Assembly (NCBI GenBank): GCA_963758635.1
Contig: CAVWWD010000008.1
Location: 1,056,001 to 1,120,000, forward strand
Length of the DNA: 64,000 nucleotides
Direction of reading: 5' to 3'
DNA from: an uncultured Candidatus Rokubacteria bacterium
Lineage (GTDB): Bacteria; Methylomirabilota; Methylomirabilia; Rokubacteriales; CSP1-6
Part shown: one piece after another, positions 33,408 to 43,137 of the stretch
Layout of the letters: every line of letters starts with the position of its first letter
Numbering within the stretch: position 1 is the stretch's first letter
Notes under the pieces: model-generated
The model's input: the letters and a program-made list of their open reading frames with translations, nothing else
What the model was told of the DNA's origin: nothing
Databases searched by the model: none
Position numbers and translations under genes: made by a program

Positions 33408-33659
33408 GTGACGACGGCGCCGCAAGTCATCAATCCCGACAAGAAGATCGACTGCACGGGCCTGTTCTGCCCCATGCCGATCGTCAAGACGCGCGAAGCC
33501 ATCGCCACCATGGCGGTCGGTGAGGTGCTCGAGATGACCTCGGACGACCCCGGCTCCGACCCGGACATGAAGGTCTGGTCCCAGCGGTCCGGCCATGAGC
33601 TGGTGGAGGTGTCCCGGCAGGGAGCCGTCTTCCGCTTCCTGGTGCGAAAGAGCCGATAG
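33408..33659 (+). CDS. tusA: TusA-family sulfur carrier
   Basis: DCTGLFCPMP (CPxP), SDDPGS. Confidence 0.88.
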   Translation: MTTAPQVINPDKKIDCTGLFCPMPIVKTREAIATMAVGEVLEMTSDDPGSDPDMKVWSQRSGHELVEVSRQGAVFRFLVRKSR

Positions 33660-33663
33660 GGCC

Positions 33664-34861
33664 GTGGACCCCGGCGGAGCGGGCCCCGACCGGGTGTACC
33701 TGGACTATGCAGGCTTCGCCCCCGTGGACCCGCGGGTGCTCGCCGTCATGCGGCCCTTCCTCGAGGCGGGCATCGGCAACCCCGCCGCCCAGCACTCCCT
33801 CGGCGTCGAGGCGCGCGAGTCGCTCGACGCGGCCCGCGTGAAGGTCGGGCGCCTGGTCGGCGGCGCCGCCGCCGGCGTGGTCTTCACGTCCAGCGCCACC
33901 GAGGCCAACAACCTGGCGATCAAGGGGCTGACCCTCCGCGCCGGCGAGCGGCCGGGGCACGTGGTCGCCTCCGCGATCGAGCACATCTCGGTGCTCAACG
34001 CCTGCCGCGAGGTGGAGAAGTGGGGCGGCGCGGTCACCCTCGTGCCGGTGGGGGAAAGCGGCGCGATCGACCCCGCGCGCATCGGCGCCGCGCTCCGGCC
34101 CGACACCACGCTGGTGTCGATCGGGGCGGCGAACGAGGAGATCGGGACCGTTCAGCCCGTCGCCGAGCTGGCGCGCGTGGCCCGCGCGGCCGGCGTGCGC
34201 TTCCATGTGGACGGCGTGGGCGCGGTGGGCCGGGTGCCCCTCGGCGTGGACGCGCTCGGCATCGACCTCCTCACACTGTCGGGCAACGACATCTACGGGC
34301 CTCCCGGCTCCGGCGCGCTCTGGGTCCGGCCCGGCGTCAAGCTCGCGGCCCAGGTGCTCGGCGCCGGCCAGGAGCTCGGGTACCGGTCGGGCACCGAGAA
34401 CCTCCCCGCGCTGGTCGGCCTCGGGGTCGCCGCGGACCTGATGCGCACGCGAGGGCGCCCACGGCGAGGGCGCCCGCCTCATCCAGCTCCGCGACCGCCT
34501 CATGGACGGGCTGCTCGCCGCCGTGGCCGACTGCCGGCTCACCGGCTCTCGCGCCGCGCGCCTGCCGCACCACGTGAGCCTGGCGCTCCGCGGCGTGAAG
34601 GCGGACAGCGTGCTGCTCGACCTGGACCTGCGCGGGATCGCGGCCTCCTCGGGCTCGGCCTGCGCGCGCCTGACCCGGACGCCGTCCCACGTGTTGCGCG
34701 CCATCGGCTGCACGCCCGAGGAGGCGGAGGGCGCGCTCGCGTTCACGCTCGGCCGCTGGACGACGGCGGCGGAGATCGACGCCGCGCTGGAGCGCCTCCC
34801 GGCCGTCGTGGGCCGGCTGCGCGCGCTGTCGCCCCCGGGATCCTCGGCACACGCCACATGA
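33664..34861 (+). CDS. IscS/NifS-like protein with altered PLP-lysine motif (frameshift near 34455)
   Basis: YLDYA, GNP, SATEANN, EHISV, RSGTEN, SSGSAC; SGND in place of SxHK. Confidence 0.85.
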
Positions 34862-35592
34862 GGCTCGTGCTCTTCGACATCGACGGCACGCTGCTCACCG
34901 CGCGCGGTGCGGGGCGCCGCGCGCTCGGCCGCGCGCTGGCCGCGACGTACGGCACGGCGGGCCGGCTCGACGGCTACGACTTCCGGGGCCGGACCGATCG
35001 CCGCATCGTCGCCGACCTCATGAGCGAGGCGGGCATCCCGCCCCGCCGCGTGCAGGCGCGCATGCGCGCGTGCTTCGACGCCTACGCCCTCGCGCTCACC
35101 GAGGAGATCGGCGACGGGGGCCTGGTGCGCCTCCTGCCCGGGGTGGGCGAGATCGTCCGGCGGCTCGGCGAGGACGCGCAGGTGGTCCTGGGCCTCGTCA
35201 CCGGCAACACGGAGGACGGAGCGCGGATCAAGCTCGCGCCCACCGGACTCTGGCCCGCGTTCCGCACCGGGGCCTACGGGTCCGAGCACTCGGATCGCCG
35301 GCGGCTGCCGGGGCTGGCCACCCGTCGCGCCCGCGCCCTGACCGGCCACGCCTTCCGGCCCGACGACGTGCTGGTGCTGGGCGACACGCCGCTCGACGTC
35401 GAGTGCGCCCGCGCCTTCGGCGCGGTGGCGGTGGCCGTGGCCACCGGTCAGTACTCCCGGGCCGAGCTGTCCGCGGCCGGGCCCGACCTGCTGTTCGACA
35501 CCTTCGCCGACGTCGAGGCGACGATCCGAGCCCTGCGGGACGCTTCGACGAGATCCTCGCCGCGGACCTCCTCTGCCGCAATCCCGACGTGA
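34858..35592 (+). CDS. HAD-family hydrolase
   Basis: LFDIDGTL, VTGN, GDTPLD. Confidence 0.88.
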   Translation: MRLVLFDIDGTLLTARGAGRRALGRALAATYGTAGRLDGYDFRGRTDRRIVADLMSEAGIPPRRVQARMRACFDAYALALTEEIGDGGLVRLLPGVGEIVRRLGEDAQVVLGLVTGNTEDGARIKLAPTGLWPAFRTGAYGSEHSDRRRLPGLATRRARALTGHAFRPDDVLVLGDTPLDVECARAFGAVAVAVATGQYSRAELSAAGPDLLFDTFADVEATIRALRDASTRSSPRTSSAAIPT

Positions 35593-35643
35593 CAAAGTGC
35601 GAGTTCCTCGCTTTCGACCCCGAGGCCGCGCTCGGGCCTGCCG

Positions 35644-35792
35644 ATGTCCGAGGTGCTCGCCGCGCACCGGGCGGCCATCGCCGACTACGATCGCGCCTGC
35701 GCCGCGCTGACCGCGCTCGCCGCGGAGCCAACGTCTCGCTGCGGGGCCTCGTCCAGCAGGTCAACGACACGCTCGCGCGCTCCGCGTCCTGA
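35644..35792 (+). CDS. small hypothetical protein or gene remnant (frameshifted)
   Basis: MSEVLAAHRAAIADYDRACAAL... then SLRGLVQQVNDTLARSAS* in the shifted frame. Confidence 0.3.
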
Positions 35793-35813
35793 GTCCTGGC
35801 GCAGGGAACTGGA

Positions 35814-35995
35814 TTACCATCCGCGCTCGGGCGTGGCGGCGGGCCGGCACCTGGGGTCGCGCAACCACGCCGCACGCGTGCGCTGCCCCGCTGTAGCTGG
35901 GCTCCATCCGGGCGCCGGGGGTCCGCTGACCGGAAGGAAGGGAAGGGCCCCGCGACCCCAGGTGCCGGCCCGCCGCCCAACGACAGAGCGCTGTT
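35814..35995. repeat. ~175-bp hairpin element A, copy 1
   Basis: 27-bp perfect inverted repeat 35835-35861 / 35951-35977; similar to copies at 37307 and 38222. Confidence 0.9.
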
Positions 35996-36015
35996 CGGGC
36001 GGTAGCAGCGGATGC

Positions 36016-36227
36016 TCACAGGTCCTCCGGCCGCAAGCCGGTCCGTTTCGCGATCCGAGACAGCATGCGGGCCCGATCTCCTCATCATCGTGAAAGGCAA
36101 ACACGAAATCCGCCCAGCCGGGGCGGGCCAACGTTAGGTGGGAGCCCGACTGACGCTTGACCACCCAACCAATCCTGAGGAGGGCGGCTAGCACCCGGCG
36201 AGAGCGGGTACTTGGCCAGCCGTTCAC
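36016..36227 (-). CDS. hicA: HicA-family toxin (frameshift near 36068)
   Basis: LLRIGW..RQSGSH, FAFHDDEEIGP, then MLSRIAKRTGLRPEDL*. Confidence 0.85.
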
Positions 36228-36433
36228 GCGGCGTTGAAGGAGATGCTCAGTAGTTCAGGTCCAGCCTCACCGTGTTCCAACCGCTCCGCGAGGACCCGAA
36301 GGGCAAGAGCCTGAACCCTGGACAGGGCCGCCTCTTGCGTCTCCCCGTACGCGAGGACGCCCGGCATCTCCGCAACCTCTGCCAGCCACCGACCATCGTC
36401 CTCCCGCTCGAGTTCGACCTTGAACGTGATCAA
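36224..36433 (-). CDS. hicB: short HicB-family antitoxin
   Basis: EREDDGRWLAEVAEMPGVLAYGETQEAAL; stop overlaps the hicA start. Confidence 0.88.
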   Translation of the reverse strand: MITFKVELEREDDGRWLAEVAEMPGVLAYGETQEAALSRVQALALRVLAERLEHGEAGPELLSISFNAA

Positions 36434-36453
36434 GGGCTCATGACCTCCGGGTC

Positions 36454-36485
36454 ACGAGTATACGACGTTGGCTCCGAGCACTCGT
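36454..36485 (-). promoter_or_regulatory. putative hicBA promoter/operator
   Basis: TATACT -10 (minus strand, 36457-36462) inside the ACGAGT...ACTCGT inverted repeat. Confidence 0.45.
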
Positions 36486-36497
36486 ATCCCACAACCC

Positions 36498-36559
36498 GCC
36501 GAACGGTCGGTATCAGGCGCGGCCGCCCGGCGGCCGACGCCTGGATACCGAAGTTAGAC
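36498..36559 (-). mobile_element. integron attC site (62 bp)
   Basis: GTCTAAC-TTCGG-TATCCAGG-22nt-CCTGATA-CCGACC-GTTCGGC with canonical boxes, spacers and two extrahelical bases; contains the upstream gene's TAA. Confidence 0.88.
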
Positions 36560-36943
36560 GACGGCCGCCGGCCGCTGACCCTGGCGTCTCGGCGACCCAG
36601 GGCGATCGGAGCGCGACGCGAGAAAGGCGGAGTCATCACCGCGATGCATGTACAGTCGGCCTTCGAGGCGGTCGCCTCGGAGAATACCCCAGCCGCGACC
36701 ACATCCGGGATCGTTGTCGTTCTCGCCTTCCCAGGAGAAGTCAACGGCCGGCGCGCCGTTGCGCTCTTCGAACCGGCAGTCGAGCCATCCACGCACCGTA
36801 CCGAACTGGAACTGGCCCATCTGTTCGCGATCGAACTCGATGAAGGCAGGGACCATCAGGTCGAGGTAATCCTTGTCCCACACCTCCATTTCGACGATGC
36901 GCCAGTACCCAACGAACGCGTCCGGTGTCTTCGGTGCGATCAT
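36554..36943 (-). CDS. gene-cassette hypothetical protein
   Basis: 129 aa, WRIVEME..., SWEGENDND.GCGRGW, GDDSAF; bounded by GTTAGGC and attC. Confidence 0.8.
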   Translation of the reverse strand: MIAPKTPDAFVGYWRIVEMEVWDKDYLDLMVPAFIEFDREQMGQFQFGTVRGWLDCRFEERNGAPAVDFSWEGENDNDPGCGRGWGILRGDRLEGRLYMHRGDDSAFLASRSDRPGSPRRQGQRPAAVV

Positions 36944-36960
36944 CCGTTCACGCTTTGTCC

Positions 36961-36984
36961 CCGTCGCCTAACTACTATTCGACG
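36961..36984 (-). mobile_element. cassette core site GTTAGGC / attI-like site
   Basis: CGTCGAA-TAGTA-GTTAGGCGACGG; 11/12 complementary to the cassette end CCGTCGTCTAAC. Confidence 0.6.
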
Positions 36985-37002
36985 CCGCACCAACGCCGAC
37001 GG

Positions 37003-37095
37003 TCATTCGACTACCTGATCGGCGCGCAGCAGGAGCGACGGCGGGATCGTGAGGCCGAGGACCTTGGCGGTCCGGCCGTTCAGACGGAACCGTGT
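37003..37095 (-). pseudogene. 3' remnant of an ABC substrate-binding protein gene
   Basis: TRFRLNGRTAKVLGLTIPPSLLLRADQVVE*. Confidence 0.7.
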
Positions 37096-37306
37096 AGCGC
37101 CGCCCGGTCAGTGTATCGCCGCGGGATATCCGGGCGCGACGCATGAGGCCTGCCGGCATTTTCATCCGTCGTGTCACGCCCTTGCTTCCTCCACCGCGGA
37201 TGTGGTCCACCCGGATACGCTGTCAGGCGGGCGCAGTGTATCGCGGGCGCCGCTCGCCGCTGCTTTCATTCGCCGGATACCAGTCGGTCGGGCGCGATCA
37301 ATCCGG

Positions 37307-37475
37307 TTACCTTCCGCGCTCGGCCGTGGCGCGGGGCCGGCACCTGCGGTCGCGGAACGACGCCGCCGGCGTGCGCTGCCCCGCTGTTCGCTGGGCTCCC
37401 TCCGGGCGCGCGGAGTCCCTGGAAGGGTCCCGCGACCGCAGGTGCCGGCCCGACGCCCGACGGCAGAGCGCTGTT
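37307..37475. repeat. ~175-bp hairpin element A, copy 2 (direct repeat of copy 1)
   Basis: 22-bp perfect inverted repeat 37334-37355 / 37430-37451. Confidence 0.9.
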
Positions 37476-37498
37476 GGCCGTAACGGTTTGCGCCCCGA

Positions 37499-38152
37499 TC
37501 AGGGGAGGCCGGTGATCTTGATCCCGGAGTTCTTCAGCTTGTAACGGCGGTTCACCGTGGCGAGCACGGCGGTGATGCCCTCGAGCGGGCCGGCGTTGGT
37601 GAGCGGCCCCGACGTCCACCGCGCGCAGCCCGAGCGACGCGCCCAGCTCGCCGACCACGCGCTTGGCGTCGGCGTCGCCTCCGCAGAGCAGGAGGTCGCA
37701 CTCGATGGCGTGCTCCGTCGCCGACAGCTCGTGCGCCGCGATGTGGTGGAACGCGGCGACCACGCGGGCCTCGGCGCCGAGCAGCTCCTGCGCCTCCTCG
37801 GCGGAGGAGCCCTGGGGCGGCGGCGTGAAGAGCCGCCCGCCGCCGAACGTGAGCGGGACGACGGTGCTGACCACCGTCTTGCCGCGGCAGCCCCTCGCGC
37901 AGCTCGGGCAGCGTGTTGGGCAGCCCGTTGGCGGGCACGGCCAGCACGACGACCTCCCCGCCGCGGCAGCGTCGCGGTTTGCCATGCCGGAGATGCGCGC
38001 CCCCGGCGCCAGCGCCGCCAGCTCCGCCGCCTTCGCCTTGGCGCGCTCCGCGTCACGCGAGCCGATCGATGATCTCGTGCCCGGCCTGCGCCCACCGCAC
38101 GCCCAGCCCCGCGCCCTTCCTTCCCCGTCCCTCCCATGATCGCGATCTTCAT
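37499..38152 (-). CDS. npdG: NADPH-dependent F420 reductase (several frameshifts)
   Basis: MKIAIMGGTGKEG, IGSRDAERA, LAVP, SSAEE, VVAAFHH, GPLTNAGPLEGITA...GIKITG. Confidence 0.82.
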   Translation of the reverse strand: MKIAIMGGTGKEGRGAGRAVGAGRARDHRSARVTRSAPRRRRRSWRRWRRGRASPAWQTATLPRRGGRRAGRARQRAAQHAARAARGAAAARRWSAPSSRSRSAAGGSSRRRPRAPPPRRRRSCSAPRPAWSPRSTTSRRTSCRRRSTPSSATSCSAEATPTPSAWSASWARRSGCARWTSGPLTNAGPLEGITAVLATVNRRYKLKNSGIKITGLP

Positions 38153-38221
38153 GCGTCAGATCTCCTGTCATGTCGTGGTCGATATCGACTCGCATGTTGC
38201 GTTGCCGTCGCTGAGCCGATC

Positions 38222-38394
38222 AACAGCGCGTGGCCGTGGGGCGTTGGGCAGGTACCTGGGGTCGCGGGGCCCTTCCCCTCCATCGGGCATCGGACCCCGC
38301 GCGCCCGGATGGAGCCCAGCTACAGCGGGGCAGCGCACGCGTGCGGCGTGGTTCCGCGACCCCAGGTACCTGCCCGACGCCCCGCCCGAGCGCG
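38222..38394. repeat. ~175-bp hairpin element A, copy 3 (inverted orientation)
   Basis: 22-bp perfect inverted repeat GGGCAGGTACCTGGGGTCGCGG / CCGCGACCCCAGGTACCTGCCC. Confidence 0.9.
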
Positions 38395-38418
38395 ATGATC
38401 GCCGGCGAAGGAGCGCCA

Positions 38419-39175
38419 CTAGCGGAACAGGTCGCGCGAGGGATCGCGGAGGAGCGCACGCACGCTGCCCTCGCCGGGCGTCCACGCGAGCCCGCGGACG
38501 ATCGCGACGGGGATGCGGTCGAGCTTGCCCATGACAGGCTCGGCCGCCGCCGGCCAGCTCGTCGGCGACGGCGAGGACGGTCGCCTGGAGGACGTGGCCG
38601 CCGGGATCCACCTCGCCGAGGTAGCTCTTGAGCGGATCGACGCCGGCCACGCCGACGGCGATGTTGACGAGGCCCTCGCGCCACGGGCGGCCGAAGGTGT
38701 CGGCGATGACGATGGCGAGGCGGTGGCCGGTCAAGGCGGCGATGCCGTCCCGCAGCGCGCGCGCCGACGCGTCGGAGTCGATGGGCAGGAGGCAGGCGGT
38801 GTCGGCGTCCACGTTGGACTGGTCCACGCCGGCGTTCGCGCACACGAACCCGTGGTGCGTCTCCACGATCAGGACGTCCCGGGCCTGGCGCACGACGCGG
38901 CGGCTCTCCGAGAGGATCACCTCGACGAGGCGGGGGTCGCGGTTCACGACCTCCGCGACGGCCAGCGCGCGCTCCGAGGGCACGACCTCCGAGAGCCGCA
39001 CCACCCGTCCCTCGGCCTTCGACACGATCTTCTGGCTCACGACGAGGAGATCGCCGGCGGCGAGCGGCGTGCCCTGGCGCCGCGCGGCGTCCGTGACGAG
39101 CGGGGCGAGGTCGTCGCCGCGCCGCACCTCGGGCATGTCGTCGACGCCGATCACTTCGTAGCGGAAGCGCGGCAT
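38419..39175 (-). CDS. cofE: coenzyme F420-0:L-glutamate ligase (frameshift near 38545)
   Basis: GDDL, QKIVSKAEG, ANAGVDQSN, DTFGRPWR, ADELA, DLFR*. Confidence 0.9.
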
Positions 39176-39180
39176 CGGCG

Positions 39181-39840
39181 TCAGCGGCCGGCCAGGCGAG
39201 CGGGGACGCCGAGGCGCGCGAGCAGCGCCCCGCTGCGAGTGGCCGCCCCCAGCCGGAGCAGGGCGGCGAGGTCGTCGGGCCCGTCGATGTCGAGGCCGAG
39301 GCCGGGCAGGCGGAGCGTCTGGACGGCGAGGCCGCGGCTTCGCGCCGCCTCGAGGTGGTTCGCGAACGACGGCTCGCCGAACTTGAGCGGCATCGCGTCG
39401 GGCGGGGTGAGGAGCGCTCCGTTCGTGCCGAAGCCGGAAGCCGAGGGCACGAACACCGCGGCGGGCGCCGGCCCCGGCGCGCCCGCGAGCGCTCGCAGCT
39501 CGTCCGCGGTCACGCACGGCACGTCGCCCGGGATCGTCACGAAGACGCGCGCGCCCGCGGCGCCGGCCTCGCGCTGGGCGAGCGCCACCGCCTCGGTGTG
39601 GCCGCGGTTGACGGCCTCGGTGAGGCAGGCCACGCCGTGACGCGTGGCCAGCGCGATCGCGCCCGCGTCCCGCGTGACCACGCGGACCTCGCCGATCTCC
39701 GCGGCGATGAGCGCGTCCAGCACGTCCTCGAGCATCGCCTCGGCCAGCGCGCTCCGCTCCTCCTGGGTCAGCGTGGCGGCGAGCCGCTGCTTGGCGTCCA
39801 CCAGGTCCTTCACGGGCACCGCGCAGACGAGGCCGCTCAC
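39181..39840 (-). CDS. cofC: F420 pathway guanylyltransferase CofC/FbiD
   Basis: VPVK...AKQRL, AMLEDV, GDVP, GTN, FGEPSFANH, DIDGPDDL. Confidence 0.9.
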   Translation of the reverse strand: MSGLVCAVPVKDLVDAKQRLAATLTQEERSALAEAMLEDVLDALIAAEIGEVRVVTRDAGAIALATRHGVACLTEAVNRGHTEAVALAQREAGAAGARVFVTIPGDVPCVTADELRALAGAPGPAPAAVFVPSASGFGTNGALLTPPDAMPLKFGEPSFANHLEAARSRGLAVQTLRLPGLGLDIDGPDDLAALLRLGAATRSGALLARLGVPARLAGR

Positions 39841-40763
39841 CCGAGCGTCTCCAGCACCGCGCGCGGCGAGCCGGGTCTCGGCCTCGCGCCCGGTCATGAG
39901 CGTGTCGGTCACGATGGCCTCGACGCCGCCGTGTCGCACCTCGTCCGCCGCGGCGGGCGCCCGCTCGTCCACCACGAGCGCGTCCAGCCAGGGCGCGTAC
40001 GCGCGGGCGACGCCGGCCGCCGACACCGGCAGCCCCCGCCAGGTCATGAGACGCCCGGCCGGTCCCGACACCGGGGCGTCGCCGATGATGGGGCTCACCC
40101 CGACGACGCGGGCCCGCGTGCCCTCGAGCGCCGCGGCGACGCCGGGCACGGAGAGGATCGGCCCGATCGACGTGATGGGATTCGACGGGCACACGATGAC
40201 GGCGCGCGCGTCGCGGATCGCCTCGAGCACCCCGGCGCCGGCGTCGCCGCCGCCGCGCCGACGAACGCGACGTCGCGGACCTCGGTCTGCGCCTTGTCGC
40301 GCACGAAGTACTCCTGGAAGTCGAGCCAGCCCTCGGGCCCCAGGATGCGCGTGCGGACGGGCTGGTCGGACATCGGCAGGAGCGCGGGGCCGGCGCCGAG
40401 GGCGGAGGCGATGGACGCCGTCGCCTCGCTCAGGGTCCGCCCTTCGCCGAGGAGCCGCGTGCGGTGCAGGTGGGTGGCGAGGTCGCGGTCGCCGAGGCTG
40501 AACCACGCGGGCTCGCCGAAGCGGGCCATGCGCTCGAGCGCGTAAAACGTCTCGCCCTGGAGGCCCCAGCCCCGCTTCTCGTCGGCGATGCCGGCCAGCG
40601 CGTAGCACACGCTGTCGAGGTCCGGGGAGACGTACAGGCCCCACACGATGCAGTCGTCGCCGGTGTTCCCGACGATGGTCAGCTCGCCGGGCGACAGCAG
40701 CGGAGCGAGGCCGCGCAGGAATCGCGCGGCGCCGGTCCCGCCGGCCAGCGCGACCACCTTCAC
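39837..40763 (-). CDS. cofD: 2-phospho-L-lactate transferase CofD/FbiA (frameshift near 40235)
   Basis: LAGGTGAARF, NTGDD, SPDLD, LGDRDLATH, FQEYFV, PSNP. Confidence 0.92.
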
Positions 40764-40879
40764 GGCGCCGCGCTCACCGGCTGCTGAAGGAGTGCGGATT
40801 TCGACTTCGCCGTGCGGGCAGACACCGCGATTCTGCGTACGCACGCGGAGCCGTCTCGCCGTTCCTTCACGGCGCCACC

Positions 40880-41405
40880 TCAGCGAGCCCGGCGCCGCGA
40901 GCCCGGCGGGGGCGCGGCCCGCCCGGCCGCGCTCCAGATGGCGGAGCCTCCGCGCCAGGCAAACAGGCCCAAGCCGGGCGCCCCGCGCAGTCCGCGCGGC
41001 AGCGCGACCTCGGGGACGGGGATGAAGCCGAGCCGCACCCACACGGGGTCGAGCCCCTGCGGGCGGGTGAAGAGCGTGTCCACGCCTCGCCCGGCGGCCT
41101 GGGCGAGGGCCTCCTCGACGAGCTGGGCGGCCACGTCGAGGGCATCGCCGGGCGTCGCGCCGGGTGCGCCGCCCGCCGTCTCGTCCGGCGATGCCGTCTC
41201 GGAGGCCATCACGACGGGGCCATGGATCATGCACGGCGGCGCCGCTTCGCACGAGCAGGAGGGCGCCGACGAGCCGCGGTGCCCGTCCCACGCGCCCCAT
41301 CCGGAGTCCACCTGGCGCTCGGGCGGGAGCCACGCGCCCACGAAGCCGAAGAGCTCACGGACTGCGCGGTCCGCTCCCGCGAGAGGCCGGTACGCGAGCC
41401 CCTCG
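40880..41405 (-). CDS. GNAT-like hypothetical protein (frameshifted; start approximate)
   Basis: LVGALLL, HGPVV, QLVEEAL, TLF, RLGF. Confidence 0.5.
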
Positions 41406-41411
41406 AGGGCT

Positions 41412-41701
41412 CTACTTCTTTCCGCCAAGCACGGAGTCCTTCAGGGCCTTGGCGAGGCGGAACTTCACCACGCGCTTCGCGGGGATCTTGATGGGCTCGC
41501 CCGTCTGCGGGTTGCGGCCCATCCGGGCCTTCCGGTTGGCGAGCACGAGCCGGCCGAACCCGGGCACCACGAAGACGTTCTTGGCTTCCTTCACGCGAGC
41601 GTCTGCAGGCTCTCGATCAGGTCGACGACCTGCTTCTTGCTCAGGTCGTTCTTCTGCGCCAGGTGCCCGATGATGGCGGACTTCGTCATGGATTTGGCCA
41701 T
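41412..41701 (-). CDS. hup: HU family DNA-binding protein (frameshift near 41597)
   Basis: MTKSAII..., PGFG, RKARMGRNPQTGEPIKIPAK. Confidence 0.92.
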
Positions 41702-41785
41702 GTGGTCTCCCTTCGCCTTTTTCGCAGTTGAGGGTGGACGGTTGATCGACGCGGACAGCTCCGGATCAGCGAGCCGAGCGGTATT

Positions 41786-43073
41786 CTACTCGCGCTGCCC
41801 GGCCGGTGTCGAGGCCCGCTGCGGATGCGCGAAGCGGAAGCTCTTCGACGCGGTGAGCCGCCGGTAGGAGCCGAAGCGCGCCTCGGCGTCCTCGACGTGG
41901 TCGAGCGGCGAGTCCTCCTCTTCCACCCCGTCCGCGTACACCTTGACCAGGTCGTACTCCGTGTTCCGCCGCGCGGGCACGCGCCCGGCGTCACGCACGA
42001 GCCGTCGCAGCTCGGCCGGAGGCACGAGCTGGCCGAAGCCCGCCCCCGCGGACGTGGAGATGGACTCGTTGATGAGCGTCCCGCCGAGGTCGTTGGCGCC
42101 GCAGGCGAGGAGGTACTGCGCGAGCTTGGGGCCCTCCTTCACCCAGGAGGCCTGGATGTTCTTCATCGTGGGGCCGAGGATGAGCCGCGCGAGCGCGTGC
42201 ATCTTGACCACCTCGAACCCGCTCGCGCCCTGGCGCACGCCGGCCACCAGCCCGTGGCGGTACATCGGGGCCTCCTGGTGGATCAGCGACAGCGGCACGA
42301 ACTCGGTGAAGCCGCCGGTCCGGCGCTGGATGCCGCGCAGGAGGTCCATGTGGCGCACCCAGTGCTCCGGGCGCTCGATGTGCCCGTACATGATCGTGGA
42401 GGTGGTGCGGATGCCCAGGTCGTGCGCGGCGGTGATGACCTCGATCCACTGCGTCGACGGTGATGCGGCCGCGGGCGATGACGTCGCGGATCTCCTGGTC
42501 GAGGATCTCGGCCGACGTGCCGGGCAGCGTGCCGAGGCCGGCGGCGCGCAGCTCGCGCAGGTAGTCGGGGATCGCCAGGCCGGAGCGCGTCGAGCCGTAG
42601 AGGATCTCCTCGGGCGAGAACGCGTGCAGGTGCATCTCGGGCACGGCGGCCTTGATGGCGCGGCACAGGTCGATGTAGTAGCTGCCGTCGATCTTCGGGG
42701 GCAGGCCGGCCTGGATGCACACCTCGGTGGCGCCCATCGTCCACGCCTCGACGGCCCGACGGACCACCTCGTCCATGGGGAGGAAATACCCCTCCTCCTC
42801 GCGGTGGTCGCGGCTGAACGCGCAGAAGGTGCAGTGCTTGATGCAGACGTTGGTGAAGTTGATGTTGCGGTTCACCACGTAGGTGACGATGTCGCCGACC
42901 TGCCGCCGGCGCATCTCGTCGGCGACGAGGGTGAGCGCCGTCAGCTCCCGCCCCGTCACCTCGGTGAGCCGGATGCCCTCCGCGACCGACAGCTCCTCGC
43001 CGTCCAGCGCGCGGCCGAGGATGCGCCGGACGTCGCGCTCCACCCAGTCGAGATCAATGGTGCTCACGGGCAT
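41786..43073 (-). CDS. cofH: FO synthase subunit CofH (frameshift near 42450)
   Basis: NRNINFTNVCIKHCTFCAF, LPGTSAEIL, MYGH, NIQASWVK, GANDLGGTL. Confidence 0.92.
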
Positions 43074-43137
43074 GTCCTCCTGGCGTCTACCTGGTCGTGG
43101 TCGGGGATCATGCTACCAGCTTCGGCGGGCGCGCCGC

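Noticed and set aside
35814..38394. Element A as a canonical attC or a group II intron domain V
   Set aside because: No R' GTT, no unpaired spacer or L-box bulge; the GAGCC...GGTTC resemblance is too long and lacks domain V geometry
39181..40644. CofD-CofC fusion
   Set aside because: Indel artefact; separate TGA/GTG overlap at 39837-39840
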